Assembly (NCBI GenBank): GCA_964016885.1 | Contig: OZ024741.1 | Coordinates: 329,592,001 to 329,656,000 of the forward strand | DNA length: 64,000 bases | Source: Eledone cirrhosa | Lineage: Eukaryota | Reading direction: 5' to 3' | Shown here: positions 11,850 through 26,865 of the stretch, one piece after another | Position numbering within the stretch: position 1 is the first letter of the stretch | Layout of the letters: the number at the start of each line of letters is the position of its first letter | Position numbers and translations under genes: made by a program | Notes under the pieces: generated by a model | What the model was told of the DNA's origin: nothing | The model's database searches: none | Seen by the model: the letters and a program-made list of their open reading frames with translations, nothing else

Positions 11850-12112
11850 CTTATCATCGTCCGTTTTTCCACGCTTGCAATAGGTTGGAAGGGTCCTTTT
11901 CATAACATCATCTCTCCACGCATCACCATCCTTCGTCATCTCCACAGTGAGTTTCAGTGATTTGAGATTAGCTCGCACCATCTCTGCCCAGGTCTTCTTT
12001 GCTCTACCCCTACTGTGGTTTCCTTTCACTGGGATTTCTTAGCACTTCTTCATCCAGTGATCATCATCCACGTGCACATGTCCAAACCAATGTAGTCTTC
12101 TTCCCTGAACAC
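11850..12112 (-). mobile_element. RTE LINE 3' fragment
   Basis: Translates RGRAKKTWAEMVRANLK..W, followed directly by ccaacctattgcaagcgtggaaaaacggacgatgat. Similar fragments at 35263-35700(-), 42900-43197(+) and 62235-62410(-). Confidence 0.75.
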
Positions 12113-12443
12113 AACTCAAAGGTTCAAGAAAAATGAGATCATTAAAATAAGTATCAAACTTGAAAACATAAGTACTGGAGTACTGGAGTAAATTAAGGCA
12201 GTGCCCCAGCATGGCGACATACGATAATGAAAATCAACTAAAAGACATATTATTGTATTGAAATGAATGTTTATTCAAAACAATTACAAAGTAATTTATA
12301 TTGATAAAATGTAAAAAGGATTTTAAAAAAACACATGGGTTGTACACACACATATTCATGCCAACGCATGCTAGGTGTACGTACGTTAGCTAGTGTGCAG
12401 CTTACAGCTGGGCTACAAAGTGTACATTCTGAAAGGTGTCATG

Positions 12444-12484
<41 letters not shown>

Positions 12485-12709
12485 CTGAGTGTATGTTTGT
12501 GTGTATATATATATGTGTATAAATATATATACACATATATGAATGTATATTAAAAAAAATTTTTTAAAAGGTTCTGCCAATGTGTAATGTACACAGAATA
12601 ATATTTGTATCATAAATACACATGTCCGGAGTACACATGATATGACCTGTAGAAACTGCATAGATGTATGTGTATGCACTTGTTTGTCTATATGAGTCAA
12701 TTTTTTAAC

Positions 12710-12744
<35 letters not shown>

Positions 12745-12890
12745 AAGGTGCGAAGCTTAGTGATTAGGATGTTGGGTTCATGGTCGTAAGGTCATGAGTT
12801 CAATTCCAGGACTAGGTGGAGTGTCATTGTTCTTGAGCAAGACACTCTATTTCACATTGCTCCAGTCCACTCAGCTGAAAAATGAGTCTT
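12745..12890 (+). mobile_element. tRNA-derived SINE family B (Meta/V-domain-like core), representative copy
   Basis: tRNA-like head (..ttagtg.ttag..GAGTTCAATTCC) followed by CTTGAGCAAGACACT.TATTTCACATTGCTCCAGTCCACTCAGCTG. Other copies: 13890-14050(+), 17620-17870(+), 28795-29013(-), 36115-36370(-), 51205-51440(-), 54815-54920(+), 55625-55740(+), 59930-60040(-). Confidence 0.8.
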
Positions 12891-15800
12891 GGTGATGCTT
12901 GTGCCAAGCTGTATAGGCCTTTCCCTTTACCCATGAACAATATCAGAATATCAGTGACATGGAGAGGGGGGGGGCTGCCATGCATGGGACTACTGGTCTT
13001 CCACCTTCGAGGGGTCAGTCATATATATTTTAAGCACAAACCACAATGGTTATATATATATACATATACATATATGTATAGAAAGAGAAGGGGGGGGGGG
13101 GGGTGGAATAATAAAGTATTTGGTGCTTCTGTGGTCACCCACTGCAATGAAGGACACAAGTGTGATGCTGAGAGTTCCTGCTAGTGTCACAGTCAGTTAA
13201 AACCTTCACAGAACTACTAAGTTCATACATGGAGGAGAAAAGAGTGGGGTGGGGTGAGGCGAAGTGGAGGAAAGTTAGGCTTGTTCATATTGAGGAGTCA
13301 CTCCTCTATATGGTGATCTAGTTACAATAGAATACCCTGATATGGTTCATGTTTTGTGTTTATATAGAATGGGTAACCTATTGTATCATGTTACTTAAAA
13401 ACAGACAGGTTCATGCACTCATAACCATATGTATGTATATATATATATCATCATTGTTTAACATCCATTTTCCATGCTAGTATGGGTTTGACAGATGTCC
13501 CACTGTGAAACAGGTGACTGTGTCTTGATGATACACACACATGCACATCATATGCCAAATCTCATCACACACACATTCCATGTACATACATTAATAGATG
13601 TATGCCAAAAAATGTTGAAAGACACTGCCAAAGTCTTTACCTCAAGTTCCACCAACATAACCCAGCATCATACAAAAAGGGTTTGGTTTATTCAGTGGTT
13701 AACATCTCCGTCAACTAATAGAAGGTGGGTTACTAATAATAGATACGAGTAGGTCTACTAACAGCTTAGTACTATACCGATACTGTGAGTGCTTGTGGAA
13801 ACAAATAATAGTGAAAGTGCTGAGTACAATTGATAAAGAAAGTTTGGAAGATGCATTGAGTGAAGTTTATATATCTGTATGTTATGTTTATGTGGTTAAA
13901 GTGTTGGGATCATGATCATAAAGTTGCGAAGTTAAATCGGGTGACATGTTGTCTACTTCAGCAAGACACTTTATTTCATGCTACTCCAGACCATTGTGCC
14001 CTTGAGTAAGACACTTTATTTCACGTAGCTCCAGACCACTCGGATGGAAAATATAAGGTACCCTTAATTAAAAAAAGGCTCAGTGCTGTCACACACTTTG
14101 TCAGGCCAAACATCCCTGATAACTACTGGAGCACTTATTGTTGGTACTGAAGGTTCAACACATGTTATATCAGGTGATGATGTCCATGGATGCTCAGCAG
14201 CCCACAGGAGCACCCTGTCTAACCTGCAGATGACCTTCTGAACAGGTAGGTCCACAACAAACATAGATAAACTACTGGTAATAACATATTGATGCTCATA
14301 TATTCAACTATGGATCATCAACAGTTGAACAGAAATATATCTATGCATATTAGTGTCCCTGTGTGTGTGTATGTATACACACATAAATACATACACACTC
14401 ACATGTATATATTCATATATACATCTTATATAACAGAAGATAGTAAAGATGGAATTTATAACTGTTATTTTATAATATAAGATATATATATATATGTGTG
14501 TGTCTGTGTGCATATGTATTTGACTAATTTTGTATTGAGTTCTGTGTTTTAATAATGTATAATATATACCAATATATGATACACAACTATTAACTTACTA
14601 TACATGTGTGCATATATATATACACACCCACATTCGTCTATTTACATATGCATCATATGTATATAGGTACATGTGAGAGAACATGCACTTATGTGTAAGC
14701 CTGTTTGTATGCATATATATGTGCATGTATATATATATATATACATTTATGTATGTGTGTTTGTATATAATGTATATATATATGTATGTATGTGCAGGTA
14801 TCTACATGTACTGACAAACATATCAAAGCTGTAAAAACTGCATCTGTATTAAAGAGCCCAAGAAGGAATACATATTTTTGTTTTGTTTTACACAAGGAGA
14901 TAAGGGAAGAGACAGATAGAGGGGGGGGAGGATACTGCTGACACAAATGGTCTTTTATGAAAATAAAAATGGGGAAAAAAAAAACATCATGTATACATAC
15001 TTGTGTATGTGCCCAGCACAGCATCAAGACCTTTCTGTCTGTGTTTGGCTACACACTATAAGGGAACCCCTTAAGGCATCGCTGGTAACCAATCTCAAAA
15101 GATGATATGAAGATAATATATATATATATATATATATAAAAAAAAAAAAAAAAATCACACACACCTCCCCTCCCTAGAAAACAGGCCAAATTTATTCCTA
15201 TTATAGTCAACTTGATTGAGTAGGCCACTTAGTAACCCCACAACTCTTATCCTCACTCCCCTACTCACAACATACATACAGATCAATCATTCTTACTTTG
15301 TGTTTCACCAAAGACACAGTGTGTGTGGAAAAAATGTATAATAATAATAATAACAACGATAATAATAATGGTTTCAAATTTAGGCACAAAGCCACCAATT
15401 TCTTTTAAAGGGTGAGGGGAAGTCGATTATACCAACACCACTATTTGATCGGTATTTTATTATATTGACCCTAGAAGGATGAAAGGCAAAATTAACCTCA
15501 GTGGGATTTAAACTCCAAACATAAAGAGCTGGTATAAACGCTGCAAAGCATTTTACCCTACACTTTCTTGATTCTTCTAATCCACTGCCCTTACAATAAT
15601 TCCTTATATAGGCACAAGAACTCAGATATTTGAGAGAAGGGACCCATTGTTGCACCCCTCCCGCCCAATATTTGATCGAACCCCACCCTCTTCCTCCCCT
15701 GAAAGGATGAAAGGCCATGTCAACCGCGATGTGATTTGAAATTGGAAACAATGAAATGCCATAAAGCATTTTGTCCAATGTTCCACCAATTCTCTCAATC

Positions 15801-16304
15801 TACTACCTATAAATAATTGTTTCTACTTTTGGCACAAGGCCAGCAATCATCCAGTGTATTACTGGTACTTTATTTTATCGACCCCGTAAGGATGAAAGGC
15901 AAAATGAGGATTAATTAATAGAAGAAATATTTGATTTTTACTAGGCACAAGGCTATACTTTATAATAATGGTTTCTGATGTAGGGGGAGGGGAAAATCGA
16001 TTAAATCGACCCCAGTGCATTACTGATACCTCATTTAATCAACCCTTGTGAGGATGAAAGGCAAAGCTAACATTGGCGGGATTTCAACTCAGAACGTAAA
16101 GGGATGCAACTATATGTCGCAAAAACACATTGTCCAACACTCTTCCAATTACTGCCAATCCACCGCCCTTATAGCCTATTATAGGCTACTTTATAATAAT
16201 CAATAATTGGTTCCTGATAGTACACACATATTCTCTGCCTCTTCTTATGTGCTCTTTTTGTCACATAAAACACACATACAATATTTGTAGATAAGGAAAA
16301 TATC

Positions 16305-16541
16305 CTGCCATACAGATGGTAAACAATGGTATAAACAACCTGAAGACAATTTTGCCGTATAGATGGTGAACATTGGTATAAACACCCTGAAGACAATCTT
16401 GCCATATAGATGGTGAACATTGGTATAAATACCCTGAAGACAATCTTGCCGTACAAATGGTGAACATTGGTATAAACAACCCGAGGACAATTTTGTCGTA
16501 CAGATAGTGAACACTGGTATAAACAGCCCAAAGACAATTTT
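16305..16541. repeat. 47-bp minisatellite, about 5 copies
   Basis: Unit aYagatggtgaacattggtataaacaccctgaagacaatcttgccRt, contiguous with no spacers. Confidence 0.9.
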
Positions 16542-18800
16542 GGAAACATTTATTTATTCATTTATTCTTTTTGGGCAAACATTTTTCAAAAATTTCATTA
16601 GAAAAAAAAAAAAGAGCATTAAAAATTACTTTTTATGTACATACATACAAACATCCATACATGTGATATCATGTGTTTATTACGTATGTTAAGAGTGTGT
16701 GATATATATGTGTGTATGTGTATATATATATATATATATACACACACAAACATGATGGAGTGGTTAAAAAGTTCACTTCGCAATCATGTGGTTCCAAATT
16801 TCAGTCCCACTTGCATGGAAGCCCATTTGATATAGATTCTACCTGTAAGTAATTCAAAGGTGCAGCCTTATCACACATTGTTATGCTTAAGAATTATGTT
16901 AAAGATACATTATGTCTGTGAAATACTCTGCCACATAGCAAGCTAAATCAACAAGCAGGTTATTCAATAGATTAAAGAACTAGTTGCTTATATGTTGTTC
17001 TTGACAGGAGAATCAGTCATTATTCTCATATGTATGTGTGTATATATATATATACACACACGCACACACACACAGAAATCCCATAATAAAAAGTGGGGAA
17101 AGAAAAAAGGAGAAAGAAAATGGTCTCCTTACGTTTGCTCCCAAAAGGGAGATGAAATATGGAAGAAATAATTATGTATCATTTACTCTGATTTCTCACC
17201 CATACGGAGGAAGAAGGAGCTTTTCTATTTCTTTATTTTCCACAGCAGACAACACTCTAAGGAGGGTGATGGTGATGATGATGTTAGTAAGTATAATAAT
17301 AATAATAACAATAATGATTCCTTAGATAGGAAGAAGGCCTCAAATGTTGTGGGGCGGGGGGTATGTCGACCCTAGTATTTAACCGATACTTTATTTTATT
17401 AACCCCAGAAGGTTGACGTCAGAATTTCAATTTAGATACTAGGCCAATAAATATTGTAAAAGAAAAAAAATTGATTAAAATCAACTCCAGATGAAGGACA
17501 AAGTTGACCTCAGAATGTAAAAGGTTGTAACTAAATATTGATTTCTAACTTAAGCACAAGGCCAGCAAAGTTCAGAGAAAGAACAAAGTTGATTAAATCA
17601 ACCCCACTACTTGATTTAGTGGAGTTGCATGGCCTAGTTATAAGGGTGTTGTACTTATGATCATAATGTTGTGGGTTTGATTCCTGGACTAGGTTGTGTG
17701 TTGTATTCTTGAGCAAAACACTTCATTTCATGTTACTCCAGCATACTCAGATGAAATTGAGTACCAGCAATAGCTGGGGGTTTAACCCTGCGATGGACTG
17801 GCATCCTGTCCAGAGTGGAGTCTTGTACTCTTAGTCACTTCATGCCACGAAACTGAGATAAGCACCGGCTTGAGACAGTCTTTAGTACCTAACTGGTATT
17901 ATTGACCCCAGAAGGATGAAAGGCAAAGTTGACCTCAGTGAGATTTGAACTCAAAATCTAAAGAACTGTAACTAAATATTACAAGGCCTTTTGTCTGACG
18001 GCTTAATGATTCTGTCAATCCACTAATAAAGGTGATACAATACTAACAATGATTTATAAGTGCTTCATCAATATTTCATATTTTAATAAAATGTTAAAAT
18101 AGGTAAGTGAATAAAATACAGAGCTACAAAGTCTTAGGTTGTGTGCTTATATCTACTACAGGTAAGTTTAACATTGCTTTTCTGGATAAAATAAATTTAT
18201 TTGTTTCAGTTTACTGAGAAGTGAATTGGCTCCTGCTCCCAATTCATATACTTGTTATGTGGGTGTGTCTGTCATGTCTGACTGTAGGAGTAAGTATATA
18301 TTCCGATGAACTCCTAAATCTCTTCTCTCATTAAAAAAAAAAAAAAAGTTGACAAAAACACAAATCAAATATAAAGTAACTAGGCACTAAAGACCACCAA
18401 CTCAGGACAATCCAGAGAAGACAGAGTAGAAAAAAACAAACACTTGTATGAAAAGACCCCAAATAATATGAAACATGAGGAAGCAACCTCAGAGTTGATA
18501 CTATTGGAACTCTGCAGTTTGAACTTAATTAGTTTCATAATAAATCTGCCACTGGGTAGATATTAAATCCTACACAGATATTATCAAGGGGCGTACGGGA
18601 TATGGGTGTGGAGGAGAATCTCCCACCCACCAGTAGTTCCCCTTTATTTTATAAACTATTCCCAGAAGTGGAAAAAGGAGTTAGAACTGATTTCAGAAGG
18701 GGGAATTATGGAAAAGTAAAAAAGGGAAGTGGTGAAAATTGTTGAATGTTGAATTAAGAGGGAGATGAAGGGCAAAAGGGTCAACCAAAATCAATAAATA

Positions 18801-18833
<33 letters not shown>

Positions 18834-19001
18834 AAAAAAAGGCAAAGAGAAAAGAAGTTTGATGTATCGTAACACACTGTGATTAGCAGCAAGACCATCC
18901 TATAATGATAATGAGGAAGATTATGATAATGGCGATGATGATGATGATGATGATAGAAATGAGAGTGAACATGATGAATATGCTGTAGTTGATAATGGTG
19001 G

Positions 19002-19034
<33 letters not shown>

Positions 19035-20814
19035 CAGTCTCCAAAACCAAATGTTTGGTTAGAAAGAATTCAACTGATTCCATGAGAGATTTGAACACAG
19101 AGAAATGGAACCTAACCATTGCCATATATTGTATATATATATATATATTGATTATAGGAAGGCAATGGAATACAAATTCTGCTCTGCTGAGATTTGAACA
19201 CAAAACTAAGGTATTAAACTAGATAAAAATCTATTAATTAATTTAATTTAATTTAATTCTACTGTCTCTTTGCTAGACCCACTGATTTAATAATAATAAT
19301 TCATTTCTAATATAAACACAAGGCCAACAATTTGAGAAGAGAAGTTGATTACAACAATCTCAATACATTACTGGTACTTTAATAATGGTTTCTGATTTAG
19401 GCACAAGGCCAATAATTTTTGGGGAAAGGGAAAGTCAATTAAATTGACTCATAAAAATGAAAGGCAAAGTTAACCTCGGCAGGATTTGAACTCAGAGCTT
19501 AAAGAGCTGTCACGATATACCACAAAGCATGTTGTCTGATGCTCTACCAATACTGGCAATTCACCACCCTTAAATAATGGTTTCTGATTTAGGCCTAAGG
19601 CCAACAATTTTGTGGGAAGGAGAAGTCAATTACAACAATCCCAATATATGATTGGTACTTTAATAATAACAATAGTGTGTGATTTTGGCACAATGCCACA
19701 CATTTTAGGGGAAGTGGCTTACTCAATCCAATCAACCTACAATATATTACCGGTACTATTTTATCAACCTCGCAGAGAAGAAAGAAGGCTAAAACCACCC
19801 CCAGTGTGATCTGAACCCAGAAGTGTAAAGTAACATAAATAAATACACTCAATTTTTTTTTTTTTTTTCGTATAGGCACAAACTCCCACTTTTTTCTTTC
19901 TTAAGATATATATATGTTCAATATAACTGACCCAGCGAATTACTGGTACATATTCCAGGTACCCCTCTCCTCCTGTAAGGAAAAAATGGGTTATAAAAGG
20001 CAAAGTCAAGGTTTTGGCGTGATTCGATCTTGGAACCATTGAGCCAGATAGTGCATAAAGAGCATCTATCCATCTAACTAATTCTCTATAGTCCAAGCCG
20101 TCTCCACACAGCACTTATAACAAGAACAATAACAATAATAATAATTTCTGATTTTAGCAAAAGGCCAACAATTTTGGGGGAGAAGAAAGTCGAATAAATC
20201 GAACCCGGTACATTATTGGTGTTATATTTTATCTACTCTGTAAGGATGAAAGGCAAAGCTAACTTCGGCAGGATTTGAAACATTAAAGGGCAGTAACTAT
20301 ATGCCGTATAAAACGTTGTCCAACGCTCTACCAATACTGCCAATCCACCGCCCTAACAACAATGATAATATTAATCATAATATGAATAGTAATTGTGTGT
20401 GCATATATGTATATAAATAATAGGAATTTACTATCTCAAGAGTGGCAACTATTAAGTTGATTTTGAAAAGTCTTTGTACAGTATGTATAGACACTGTATA
20501 GAAATCAGAGCATAACAAGAAATATCCAGGGAAATATACACCTACATGTACATGTGTGTGTATGTGTATCAATAAACACACATACACACATGTAACAGAT
20601 CTGGTACTGAAGGCCACCTTTGAAGGTAAGTTTGGAAGAAATAGAAAAAACAAAGAAAGGAGCTGATCAGCAAATTGAACCAAGGAAACAATGTTTTCAT
20701 TGGTCTTTCCATTTCCATTGCCAATAGTATATGCTGGTCACAACTCCTGGCAGAGAATAAATGGTTCAAAAACAAAAAAAAAAAATCATTGACCAGCAGG
20801 AAGAATTTTAAAAC

Positions 20815-20872
<58 letters not shown>

Positions 20873-21311
20873 CAGCAGTTGAGTAATTAAGATAACAATT
20901 TATATATATATTTTTTTTAATTGGCAAAATGCCAAATTTGTTTTAGGGCACTAGATGTCAATAGGATTGACCCCACCCCTTACCCAGTACACGCGTGTAG
21001 TATCTATTTTGTTTCTTCCTTATTTATCAAGAAATCCCAGAAGATACTGAAGGGGTCTCCCTCTCCCCCCATATTATAAACACTAAGGCATTGAAGTCTG
21101 GCACATTTACCATCTCTGACATTCCATCAATCCTAATTAAAAAATAATTATCCAATTGAGTTGATTATAGATTATTTCTTACAAATAAATTATTTCATCA
21201 GGCACTAACGAAACCAGTGATTCCCAAATGGGAGGTATTTAGCTCCCAGGGGAGGAATCGAAACTGGAAAATAATAGTGTATAATGTGTGTGTGTATGTG
21301 TATAAACATAT

Positions 21312-21520
21312 TAAATGAAATACCAATATATCCAACTATAGTGTACATTGTGTATATATATCAAATGAAATACAAATATACCTAACTAGAGTGTACATTG
21401 TGTGTGTGTGTATATATATATATACACACACACACACACCAAATGAAATACTAATATAGCCAACTATAGTGTACATTGTGTATATATACCAAATGAAATA
21501 TCAACATACCCAACTATATA
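21312..21520. repeat. ~50-bp minisatellite with variable (TA/TG/CA)n linkers, 4 copies
   Basis: aaatgaaatac.aatata.ccaactatagtgtacattgtg repeated. Confidence 0.8.
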
Positions 21521-21827
21521 AGGGTGATCACAAATTAACAGTTCCCCCAAAACCCCGCTGCTCCAGTTTGGGACTGTATATGATGGTCAGGTGAAGGATT
21601 GAGGAAAACTGGGATTGTAAAAGGTGAGGAATGAGAAACCCTGGACTAGACTGTCCTTTGGAAGAAACCAGAGTGGAAGTACACAGGGCAAACCCCAGTG
21701 AATTACTGGTACTTATCTTATAGAGATTATACCCCCCCCCTCCAAAAAAAAAACACACACACACACATACATATGCCCATTGTCAATGTTGGTTGAATAT
21801 GAACCCAGAATAACAATACAAGGAATT

Positions 21828-22190
21828 AAATACTATAAATTGTGATGCCCCCCCCCCCCTTCTGTTATATACACAACATGACACTAAATACTAAAAATTG
21901 TCATGATACACTCTCTATTGTTGTTATATACCCACAATAACAATATATGACACTAAATACTATAAATTGTAATGACACCCCCTCTGTTATATACCCACAA
22001 TAACAATATATGACACTAAATACTATAAATTGTAATGACACCCCCTCTGTTATATACCCACAATAACAATATATGACACTAGATACTATAAATTGTAATG
22101 ACACCCCTTCTGTTGTTGTTATATCCCACAATAACAATATATGACACTAAATACTATAAATTGTAATGCCCCCCCCCCCCCCCCCTGTTG
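21828..22190. repeat. 63-bp minisatellite, about 5-6 copies
   Basis: ctgttatatacccacaataacaatatatgacactaaatactataaattgtaatgacacccc repeated; it appears as a 21-aa periodicity in ORF 21901-22137. Confidence 0.9.
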
Positions 22191-24807
22191 TGTTATCAGT
22201 TCAACCACTACCACCACCTCTTCCATATGGTAAGCAACAACAGATGTTTTTATTGGACATAAAAAACCAGAATTATAGGGTTATTCTTTTTTTATTTTAC
22301 AAAAAGGGAGAAATGTGAAACTGAGGTACATGATGTTTAGGGAAATATATAAAAAAAAAAAATGAAATAAAGAACTGCCTTGAAACTAGGATCATTAAGA
22401 TCTTTATAAGATATGTACTACAGTGCCTGCCAATAATAATGATGATGATGATGATGATGGTGGTGATGGTGGTGGTTTTATGAGTTGGCCCACAGCCACA
22501 GATCTTTGATTAAAATGACTCTGAATTTTACTATTGGGACCCATTAAATCAGCCCTTGGTGGGATGAGTAAAAGGCAAATGTTACCCTCAGCAGGATTTG
22601 AACCAGAATTTTTAACAAAGGAATTAAATTAAATACTGTAAGGCATCTAGTTTGGTGTTCTACCAATTCAAGCAATATTTCCTGTTAACAACAACTTCTT
22701 ACATAAAAATAAAAATAACAATTTTCTATTTTTGGTACAAGGCTAGCAAATTGAAAAGAAAAGGAAATTTGATTACATCAATCCCAGTATGTTACTGGTA
22801 CTTTATTTTATCGACCCTCTAAGGATGAACGGCAAAGCTAACCTTGGTGGGATTTGAACTCAGAACATAAAGGGCCGTAACTATGCCACGAAGCATGGTG
22901 TCTGACACTCTACCGATTCTGCCATTCCAATACTGGGAATAATGACAGTAATAATAATACTTTCTAACATAAATAAAACATCCAGAAATTCAGAAGGAAG
23001 GCATAGTTAATCTAGTAGTAATAGTAGTAGTTGTAATAAGGGGAGGCACAAATCTTGTAAGAATTAAGCTGCTAGACAACTGCCATGAGTACATACAGCC
23101 CTCGTTTTAAAAAACTTCTGGGGGCAAGGCACAGTTTGAAACAGCTGTAAAATAGGTTCCATTTTAACATCAAATAAATAGCAGTAGAAATGAAGGAAGA
23201 CATCCAATTGTTATATAAACATTAGCCCCGAAATACATTAGTATTCACCTCATCACCACCTCAACCCCCCACCCCATGTTGTCATGGAAATATGGATGGA
23301 AAACAGCCTTTTGTAACCATATTTCAAACAAAATACAATGCCAATATGTTTCAATTAACTTTGAAAATAATTAAGAAATATCTTTAGGGATTTATTAAAA
23401 TGACCAACCTATCCATTATTAAGTTGGTTTTTGGAACAATTTTACAAAAGGTTCTCATATAAAATTACAATGGAAGGTTTTAACTTTCAAACATGGGTTT
23501 ATATCATAGGATCAGTGGTGGGGTGTTCTTAGGAGGGCTAGTATCAAAAGTGCTAATGGAAGATGGGAGAAGATTCAGTTGATTGGACCAACCCTAGGAT
23601 ATAACTGGTATTAAATTTTAGTGAGCCAGGATGTATGAAAGGCTGAGGAAAATAATGATTCCTAATCTAAGCATAAGATGAGCAATTTCTGGGGAGGAGA
23701 AAGTCATTCATATCAACCCAAGTACTAGATTGGTACTTTATTTTATCGAACTTGGAAGGATGACAAAATTAACTTTGGTGGGATTTGAACTCAGAATGTA
23801 AAGAGCTACAATAAATAAATACCTTAAGACATCTTCCCCAATGTTCTAATAATTTTGCCAATCCAATGGTGTTAGCTTTTTACCATAGACATAGATTAAA
23901 TCAAACAAAGTCTTGCAAGTGAAATTGGGCAGACAGAAACTGATAGAACATATTAATTTGAAAGCCTGCCCCCTTTTAAACAGCATGAAGTGTACACACA
24001 TCTGAAGAATGCTTGGCCACCTTCACATTGACTAAACAACAGAAATACCATCAAAACTGACAGCAGTCTGACTAATAATAATTCTTTATAACACAAGGCA
24101 AGCAATTTGGGGAAAGGCCAAAGTTGATTATATCCATTAAAGTCCATTAAATAAACCCCACAAAGCTGAAAGTTAAAGTTGACTTCACTAAGATTTAAAA
24201 CCAGACTATAAAGCTATATAACTAAATACTGAAATACTACAAAGTATATTGTCTGCCAATCCACTGCCTTAAAAATAATAATTTCTTTTATTATTGTTAT
24301 TAGTTTTTAGGCAGTGGATTGACAGAAAAAAAATAATGGTAATAATTGTTTCTACTTTAGGCACAATGCCAACATTTTTGGGGGAAGGGGAACATTGATT
24401 AAATCAATCCCAGTGCGTTACTGGTACTTTATTTTATCGACCCTGTAAGGAAGAAAGGCAAAGCAAACCTCTGAACTAAGAACATAAAGGGTTGTAACAA
24501 TATGCTACAAAGCATGTTGTCTGACGCTCTACCGATTCTGCCAATTCACCGTCCTTATAATAATAGTAATAATATCATAGCAGCAGCAATTGTATTGGTA
24601 ACAGTAATAGTTGTATTAGCAATAATTGTAGTAGTAGTAGTAGTAGTAGTATCAGCAGTACCAGTAGTAGTAATATAAGCAGTAGAAGCAACATTTAAGC
24701 AAAAATCAACTTATGATATAAATGAAGGGGAGGGGGAGGTGTGAATGTATAGACAGTATAACAACAATGAAAGGAATGTTATATTTATCATTATTATTAT
24801 TATAGAC

Positions 24808-25120
24808 ACAGGCATGGTTGAATGGTTAAGAAGTTCACTTTGAAATCACATGGACCAAGGTTCAGTCCTATCTTGGGGCAAGTGTCTTTTACCATAGACC
24901 CAGGTTTGACCTAAGCCTTATGAGTGAAATTAGGTAAACAGAAACTGCATAGAAGCCCATCAATTCAATTGTACCATGTCACACTCATCCTACTTGAGAA
25001 TTAAGGGCACATGTGTCTGAGGAATACTAAGCCACTTTGCATGCTAATTCATTGAGTTGGTCGTTCAGTTAATTCAACAATTGAGCTGTCATATATGGTT
25101 CTAGACAAGAAAGTCCATCG
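24808..25120 (+). mobile_element. tRNA-derived SINE family C (TTGGGCAAGT CORE-like motif)
   Basis: Head ggcatgg..tggttaagaagtt..ggttcagtcc, core gggcaagtgtcttttaccatag, tail gaaactg..agaagccc. Related copies at 16755-17010(+), 35100-35240(-) and 36525-36680(+). Confidence 0.7.
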
Positions 25121-26274
25121 TGATTATTATTATTAAACAGGATGGGGAAGGCACAAAATTAAAAAGAAAGACATCTCATGGTTTCACCCCAGCACCGTTC
25201 TAGCAAAAATGGTGGGATTTCATCAGACAAGTAACTTAGTGGTCTGCTTATATTCATTACCTTTCCTATTCAGTCAATTATTTGTTAGACAGATCCCTTC
25301 TCCTTCCTGTCTTCTGGAACTTTGGCCCCACTCAACCCTCATATCTATTTATTGGTCCAATTTATTATTCACTGATCCCCTTTTTGTTCTGTCTTATCTG
25401 TCCAACCCTCTTGTTTCACTGATTATCCAATATCCTCTCAGTGAATCTGTCTGTCTGTCCAACTGGTCCCCCTTTTTCATCATGTTGGTCCAATTACTCC
25501 ATGGTCCCTTATCATCAGTAAATAGAACAATCTCTCCCACCATTCATTAATCTATATATCTTGTCTCACCAATAATCCTCACCCCATCATGCCCAACTAT
25601 CAGACTTTCTCCTTTATCTGTTTTTTGCCCTCCATTCTACCATTACTCTGTAGCTTACAAGTTTTTCTCACAATTCTTTAACCCTTAATGTCTTGCACCA
25701 TAGCAAACAGCATTAGCAAGACGTTCTTGAAAAGTACAAAATAGCACTATGACTGCATTACATTAATCCTTTCATAACCATATTTCTAATAAAAGACTCT
25801 GCCAATGCCATTAACCCTTCCATATTTCTAATAAAAGACACTGCATATATCTTTAACAATTTCATTGCCATATTTCAAATAAAAAACACTGCTTATATAT
25901 TCCAATTAACTTTTAAAAATAACAAAAATTTTGAAGGAATTTAATAAAATACCTAAGATTTTCCATTATTAAGGTGATATTTGAAACAACATTACTTAAA
26001 AAAAATTTCTGAAATAAAATTATGATGGAACGTTTTAATATAAAGATAAACATATAAAAAAGAGCAAACTTTGTATCATAAATCCAAGGTGATTTCAGGC
26101 GATTTGGTATAAAAAAGGTGAAAAATTAAAATCTTTACTCTAAACTGCAAATTTTCACAATGATCTGTTGACTAGTAAAGATACTATAAACATTTGAATT
26201 AACACACCAGTTTTTAGATATTTTCTGTTAAATCATTACAGGATGTTGAATGCTGACTTGTGTGTCCAACTACT

Positions 26275-26865
26275 CTTTATTGTGTAGAATGTGTGTAGGT
26301 CGTGAAGATAGCTATAATGTGTAGTGTATAGATAGCTATAGATGGTGTGTAGTGAGTATATAACTAGTGTGTAGATAGCTAAAGAGATTGTGTAGTATAT
26401 AGTGTGTAGCGAGAGTGTAAAGTGTAGAGCTATAGATAGCTGTGTAGTGTGTAGATGTCTATAGATAGCTGTGTAGTGTGTAGATAGTTATAGTTAGTAT
26501 GTAATGTGTATATGGCTATAGTTAGTATGTAGTGTGTATATAGCTATAGATAGGTGTATGTAGTGTGTATATAGCTATAGATAGCTGTATAGTGTGTAGA
26601 TGTCTATAGATAGCTGTGTAGTGTGTAGATGTCTATAGATAGCTGTGTAGTGTGTAGATGGCTACAAGGAGAGTGTAGTGTGTAGATAGATATAGATTGT
26701 TTGTGTCGTGTGTAGATAGTTATAGTTAGTATGTAATGTGTATATGGCTATAGTTAGTATGTAGTGTATATATAGCTATAGATAGGTGTATGTAATGTGT
26801 ATATAGCTATAGATAGCTGTATAGTGTGTAGATAGCTGTGTAGTGTGTAGATAATTATAGATAAT
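26275..26865. repeat. ~29-bp degenerate satellite, about 20 copies
   Basis: atagatagctgtgtagtgtgtagatgtct and variants. Confidence 0.85.

Noticed and set aside
13600-14250. Short protein-like open stretches (13703-13915, 14078-14242; also 7940-8066)
   Set aside because: No recognisable motifs, interrupted by stops, and no consistent splice framework.
16305-16541. Regular repeats as a possible CRISPR array (also 21828-22190 and 49653-50100)
   Set aside because: Units are contiguous with no unique spacers, there are no cas genes, and the context is eukaryotic.
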